A stretch of 64,000 nt of DNA from contig CAWJMJ010000001.1 in assembly GCA_963843885.1 (NCBI GenBank), positions 20,222 to 84,221 on the forward strand, written 5' to 3'. Every line of letters starts with the position of its first letter. Within the stretch, counting starts at the first letter, position 1. Shown here piece after piece: positions 58,732-64,000 of this stretch. This stretch comes from an uncultured Acidobacteriota bacterium. GTDB taxonomy: Bacteria > Acidobacteriota > Vicinamibacteria > Vicinamibacterales > UBA2999. The translations under genes and the position numbers were made by a program. Below the pieces are notes generated by a model. It was not told where the DNA came from. It ran no database searches and saw only the letters and a program-made list of their open reading frames with translations.

Positions 58732-61615
58732 TCAGGCCACGGCGGCGCGACGCGCCGCCAGGCGCGCCTTCATCGTCGGCGTCGACAGGGCCATGAGCGT
58801 GGCGGCGTAGGCCAGCGGCGTCGGCACTGCGCCGAGCACTACGTCGAGGAGCAGCGCGTCGACCCGTTCGGCCAGCCCACCGGGCGGCAGGTCGGCGGCG
58901 GCAACCACGGCGACGAGCGACGCCCGCAGCGCGGCCCAGCTTGCCGGCCGTGACGTCAGCGTGCGGTCGGTTTCGGCCTGGCGGAGCTGCCGCGCGAAGG
59001 TCGTCTGCGGCAGGCCGATCCGCGCGGCGGCGCGGGCGCCAACGCCGCCGGCCTGCTCGTGCGCCACGAGCACGAGTTCGTGTCCCAGCCAGCGGCCGAG
59101 CGGCAGGCTGAGCCGCGGGCGCGCGGCGGCCGCGGCCTGCACTTCGGCCGTCAGCCGCTCGCGCAGCACCAGCCAGGCCGGGTCGAAGAGCGCGGCGGCG
59201 GCGGCCACGGCGGGCGCCGGCGGGAGCGGTGCCCGTGACGGGACGTCGCCGGGAGCCGAGTCGGCCGAGGTCTCGCTTCCCGGCACGGGCAGATGGAGAT
59301 CCGAGGCGTCGAGGCAGTCGCCTTCAGAGAGCACCACCGCCTGCAGAATGGTGTTCTGCAGTTCGCGGATGTTGCCCGGCCACGTGTGTGCGAGCAACTG
59401 CCGTTCGGCTTCCGCCGAGAACCCGAGCAGCGGCTTGCGCTGCTCGGCCGCCGAGGCGCGCGCGAAATGCTCGGCCAGCAGCCGCACGTCCTCGGGCCGC
59501 TCGCGCAACGGCGGGATGTGCAGGCGCACGACGTTCAAGCGATAAAACAGGTCTTCGCGGAAGCGCCCGTTGCGCACCTCGTCCTCGAGGCGGCGGTTGG
59601 TGGCCGCGATGATCCGCACGTCCACCTTGCGCGAGCGCGTGCCGCCGACCATCGAGATGGTCTTTTCCTGCACGAAGCGCAACAGCCGCGACTGCACGTC
59701 GAGCGGCAACTCGCCGATCTCGTCGAGGAAGACGGTGCCGCCGTCGGCCATCGCCAGCCGGCCCGCTGGAGCGCTGCTGCGCGCCGGTAAAGGCGCCGCG
59801 TTCGTGGCCGAAGAGTTCCGAATCGATGAGGGTAGCAGGAATGGCGCCGCAGTCCACGATCACGAACGCCTTGGCGCGCCGGCCGCTCAACTGGTGCAGC
59901 GTCTGGGCCAGCATCTCCTTGCCCGTGCCGCTCTCGCCCGTCACCAGCACCGTGGTATCGGTGGCGGCCACGCGCCGGGCCCGCACCAGCAGGTCGGTCA
60001 TGGCCGCCGACTGGAAGACGATGGGACTTTGCTGCGAACGCAGGTCCTGCAGTTCCGCCTGCAGGCGCCGCCGTTCGTGTTCCGCGCGCACGCGGTGCAG
60101 TTCGGCGAGATGCTCGCGGTCGAGGGCCACGGCCAGCTGGGTCGCCACGCCGGTGAGTACGTGCACGTCGGTGCGGTCGACGTCGAGCACCGCCGGACTG
60201 CCGACCAGGCACACGGCGCCCAAGGTGCGTCCATCGGTCACCAGGGGCACGACCAGAATCAGCTGCGGCCGGGCCCCGGCGGTCGTCGTCTGTTGGCGGA
60301 CGGTGCTCGAGTCCACGGCCGAGGCCACCAGGGCGCGCTCGGGCTCGGTGATGTCGCTGGCCTGCAGCACGCGCGGCTCGGTGCCGTCGTCGAGCCGCTG
60401 CTGGCCGAAGAGCAGGCGCACTCCGGCGTCGTTGGAAAGGAAGAGCGCGGCACGGGTGGGATGCAGCACGCTGAACAGACGATCGACGAACTTCTCGGCC
60501 AGGTCGGCCGAACCGGTCGCGCCGGACAGCGCCTGCAGCACGTCCCACAGCAGGCCCATGTTGCGGTAGTCCTTGTCGGTGCGCCCCGTGAAGATCCCGA
60601 GCAGGCGATCGGTGGATGGTCCCGACGACACGCCGGCCTCGCTCCGCCAAGTCGCGATCTGCTCGCCCAGGCCCTGACGGGCGACGCCCAGCGCTTCGTT
60701 GGCGCGCTGCAGCAGGTCGAGCGGATCGAGCGACTCCACGGCGTCGGCCTCGATCGAGACGACACCCACGGCGCAGCGCAAGTGCACGGCGCCCTGCAGG
60801 AAGGGGTGCGTCGAGACGTGACGGCGCACGCGTTCGGCCACCAGCACGGCGCTGTCGGCGCCGATGTTGCCGAGCGGAAGCGCGAAGATGGCGCCGCCGT
60901 AGCGCATGAGCACGTCGGAGCGACGCAGCAGCCCGTGCATCGCCTGGACGAACTCGCGAATCACGCCGTCGCCGGCCTGACGGCCGTGCAGTTGGTTGAC
61001 GCTGTCGAGGCCGATCGGGTTGATGAGCAGCAGCGAGCACGGCACGCGCCGCCGGCGCGCGCGGTCGAGATCGGCGCGCAGCACGCCCTGCAGTTCGTGA
61101 CGCCCCGGTAACCCGGTCAGCGGATCGGTCAGCACCGAGTAGACGCAGACGATGGTCGAGGCCAGGGCATGCGCGCACACGGTGACCTGGCCCGCCGAAG
61201 GCTGCGCCGGCAGCCGCAGCCCGACCCAGCCGGCCACCGGCGAGGCCTGCCGTTGATCCTCGCTGCGGCGCTGCTGGTGGCGCAGCGCCGACGACTCGCG
61301 GGTGACGCCGCCGGCCCACAGGCTGGTCAGCAGCGGCACGGCCATGAGGTAGCCGTCGCCCGAGCGGCTCGGGATCGAGGAATCGAGTGCCACCGTCGCG
61401 CCCTGCCAGGCACCGCTCTCCAGCACCGTCCCGGTGAAGGCCGCGGCCGCGTCGGGGCTCTCCAGTTCGGGCAACGGCAACGCGCTGCCGGCGTGGACGA
61501 GCACGACCGGAGCGCGGGCATGCCACGGGGTCGGCAGGTACACCGACGCCGAACTCGCCCCGGTCTTGCCGACCAGGATCTCGAGTTGCGTCAGGAGGCG
61601 TTGGAATCCGTTCAT
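58732..61615 (-). CDS. Sigma-54 enhancer-binding protein with degenerate GGDEF and GAF domains (indel near 59760)
   Basis: DPLTGL, RRSD-x5-GGAIF, GAF VPLVTDGRTLGAV, GESGTGKE, GAFTGA, FLDEIG, FREDLFYRLNV, WPGNIREL. Confidence 0.92.
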
Positions 61616-61863
61616 GGGCTCGACCGGGTTATCGGCAAGGGCAAGCCGAAATTTAGCGTTCCCGCCTGTAAAAACCGGTGTCGGGGCCGCGGCGCACAGC
61701 CACGATTTCGGGGTGCGGCCCCCCGAAATACTGCCAGAACGACGCGCGGTGTCGGGGCGCCGGCACGCGGCCTCGCGCCATGCCCGAAGACCAACCGACC
61801 AAGTGCTTGCGAACACGTCACTTACGTCGACGGGCCAGTTGGTGTCGGCGCGCCAGCCAAGAT

Positions 61864-61877
61864 GGCAGGGACATTGC
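61864..61877 (+). promoter_or_regulatory. Sigma-54 -24/-12 promoter candidate for the HD-GYP gene
   Basis: tGG-CAGGGACATT-GCg, about 21 nt before the ATG. Confidence 0.55.
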
Positions 61878-61898
61878 GATAGGAGCAGTGTCACCCGT

Positions 61899-63860
61899 AT
61901 GCGTGCTGCCACCGCCACCACCGCCGCTCCCGCTCGCGACACTCGGGTCTTGTCGCGGTTCGTGGCAGCCGTTACAGCCCTGGGGCTGTTCGCGATTGCG
62001 CAGTCCATCACCATGCTGCCGACCGTGGCCCACCCGGCCGAGTGGCTGACCCTGTCGGTGCTGGCCGTGGCCTTCGGACGTCTGTCGCTGCGGGTGCCTG
62101 GCGTCCCCGTGCACGCCTCGATGTCCGATACGTTCCTGTTCACGTCGGCGATGCTGTTCGGGCCGGCGCCGGCCACCGTGGCCATGGCCGCCGACGGCTT
62201 CATCCTGTCGTGGCGGCGCCGGCACAGCGCCGACCGCATGCTGTTCAACGCCGCCAACCCGGCGCTGTCGTTGTGGCTCGGAGCCCAGGGCTTCCTGGCG
62301 GTGTTGGGACACGCACCGGTGAGCGGTGAGGCGCTGACGCTCGAGGCCATCGTCGGCCCGCTGGCGCTGATGACCACGCTCCACTTCATCCTCCACTCCG
62401 GCCTCACCGCCACGGCCGCCGGGCTCGAGCGCGGCACCCACCCGGTCGTGATGTGGCGCACGCACTTTGCCGTGCTCGGCGTCAGCAACGCCGCCTCCGC
62501 CTCGGCGGCGCTGGCGCTGGCGCTGCTGGCGGCCAAGGTGGGCGTGCTGGCACTGGCGGCGGTGGCGCCCATCGTCGTCATCGTCTACATGGGGCTCAAG
62601 TCGCGCTTCGGCCGGCTGGCCGACGCCGAACAGCACGTCAAACAGGTCGATCAGCTCTACATGTCGACCATCCAAGCCTTGTCGAGCGCCATCGACGCGA
62701 AGGACGGGGTCACGAGCAGCCACATCCGTCGCGTGCAGACCTACTCGGTGGCGATGGCCAAGGCGCTCGGCATCTCGGATCCCACCGAGGTGAAGGCCAT
62801 CGAGGCCGCGGCCCTGCTGCACGACACCGGCAAGCTGGCCGTGCCCGAGCACATCCTCAACAAGCCGGGCAAGCTGACCGCGGCCGAGTTCGAGGCCATG
62901 AAGCTGCACGTCGACGTCGGCGCCGACATCCTCGCCACCATCGAGTTCCCCTACCCGGTCGTGCCCATCGTCCGCGCCCATCACGAGAACTGGGACGGCA
63001 CCGGCTACCCGCGCGGCCTGCGCGGCGAGGCCATTCCGATCGGCGCGCGCATCCTGTCGGTGGTCGACTGCTACGACGCGCTCACCTCCGACCGTCCCTA
63101 CCGCCCGGCCATGACGCAGGCCCAGGCCATCGACATCCTGCTGGAGCGGCGCGACGCGATGTACGACCCGGCCGTGGTCGACGCGTTCCTCGAACTGCTG
63201 CCCTCGCTCGGCGCCATCGTCGACATGGAACCGAACCTGGGCCGGGCCATGCACCGCCTGGCGGCCGCCCGCGAGGCTGCGCCCACGGTGCCGGTGCCGT
63301 CCCTCACCATTCCTTCGGCGCGTCCGATCGCGCCGCAAGCGGCGCTCGAGAGCGTGGCCCGCCTGCTGTCGGGCCCGCCGCGCGCCACCGACGTGGCCGG
63401 GCTCATCGCCGGCGACCTGCGCGCCCTGGTGCCGGACGCGGAGTTCGTGGTCTTCCTGACCTCGACCGGCGGCGAGAAGATCGTGGCCGAGTACGAAACG
63501 CGCGCCGGGCTGCTGGAGCAGGGCTACGACACCATTCCCCTGGGCGAGCGCGTCAGCGGCTGGGTGGCGGCCAATCGCCGGCAGATCATCAACTCCGACG
63601 CCCGGCTCGACCTCGGACCGGCGGCCGCCGGCACGGCGCTGCTCTACTGCGTGGCCACGCCCCTCGTCTACGACGGCCGCACCACCGGCGTGCTCACGGC
63701 TTACGCCGACAACCCGCTGTCGGCCGAATCGGCGCGGCGGCTGAGCGAAGTGGCCCCACAGGTGGCCCAGGTGCTCGCCTCGGTGGCGCCGGCCGCGCCG
63801 CTCCGCCAGTCCAAGGCGCGGCTCAGCCGCCCCGAACTGCGCGTCGCCGCCAGCCGCTGA
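61899..63860 (+). CDS. Membrane-anchored HD-GYP phosphodiesterase with C-terminal GAF domain
   Basis: N-terminal TM bundle; LLHDTGK, HHENWDGTGYP, DCYDALTSDRPY; GAF region GWVAANR. Confidence 0.92.
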   Translation: MRAATATTAAPARDTRVLSRFVAAVTALGLFAIAQSITMLPTVAHPAEWLTLSVLAVAFGRLSLRVPGVPVHASMSDTFLFTSAMLFGPAPATVAMAADGFILSWRRRHSADRMLFNAANPALSLWLGAQGFLAVLGHAPVSGEALTLEAIVGPLALMTTLHFILHSGLTATAAGLERGTHPVVMWRTHFAVLGVSNAASASAALALALLAAKVGVLALAAVAPIVVIVYMGLKSRFGRLADAEQHVKQVDQLYMSTIQALSSAIDAKDGVTSSHIRRVQTYSVAMAKALGISDPTEVKAIEAAALLHDTGKLAVPEHILNKPGKLTAAEFEAMKLHVDVGADILATIEFPYPVVPIVRAHHENWDGTGYPRGLRGEAIPIGARILSVVDCYDALTSDRPYRPAMTQAQAIDILLERRDAMYDPAVVDAFLELLPSLGAIVDMEPNLGRAMHRLAAAREAAPTVPVPSLTIPSARPIAPQAALESVARLLSGPPRATDVAGLIAGDLRALVPDAEFVVFLTSTGGEKIVAEYETRAGLLEQGYDTIPLGERVSGWVAANRRQIINSDARLDLGPAAAGTALLYCVATPLVYDGRTTGVLTAYADNPLSAESARRLSEVAPQVAQVLASVAPAAPLRQSKARLSRPELRVAASR

Positions 63861-63899
63861 CCGTTCGCGCGGACTCGGGCGTGTTACGCTCCCGGCGCC

Positions 63900-64000
63900 A
63901 TGTCCGGATCCCGACGCGCTGTTCCCCGGTCCCTCAGGTTAATCGCCGGCGGCGTCGCGATGCTCGTGCTCGCCGCCGCCTCCGTCGCGACCCCGTGGGC
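63900..64000 (+). CDS. Start of an exported protein (truncated by window edge)
   Basis: MSGSRRAVPRSLRLIAGGVAMLVLAAASVA is signal-peptide-like. Confidence 0.45.
   Translation, partial: MSGSRRAVPRSLRLIAGGVAMLVLAAASVATPW

Noticed and set aside
44770-64000. Intact genomic island extending from ssrA
   Set aside because: No integrase, no mobility genes and no distal att copy found by eye; only the att relics are supported.

Overview
High-GC bacterial chromosomal window (roughly 70% GC by eye, not computed). Gene content and protein style suggest Acidobacteriota, probably Vicinamibacteria (inference). Many essential genes (dnaK, thrS, infC, rplT, pheT) are broken by single-base indels, which points to long-read assembly error rather than pseudogenes; boundaries of these genes are reconstructed across frames and approximate. 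Positions 1-43.3 kb are mostly core genes: gatA, rpoZ, dnaK with two Hsp20s, ymdB-xseAB-ispA-tlyA-nadK, mltG-ruvX, envC with an S41 homolog, HU, tRNA-Val, thrS-infC-rpmI-rplT-pheST-zapBA, 6S RNA, thiL, cstA, a cluster of four GT-C-like membrane proteins and an Slt70-like gene. tmRNA lies at 43564-43917 and is followed by an accessory region. The best candidates for new biology are: (1) a sigma-54 activator fused to a degenerate GGDEF domain with an intact RxxD I-site, divergent from an HD-GYP phosphodiesterase, with several -24/-12 promoters nearby; (2) an exported cytochrome c fused to a PHM-type copper monooxygenase between zapA and 6S RNA, plus a separate PAL-like propeller; (3) a dense cluster of tmRNA-3'-end copies inside two ~113-bp attP-like direct repeats; (4) a structured, pseudoknot-capable RNA between rpmI and rplT; (5) an S41 protease homolog lacking its catalytic dyad. 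No CRISPR array, rRNA, integrase or transposase was seen.
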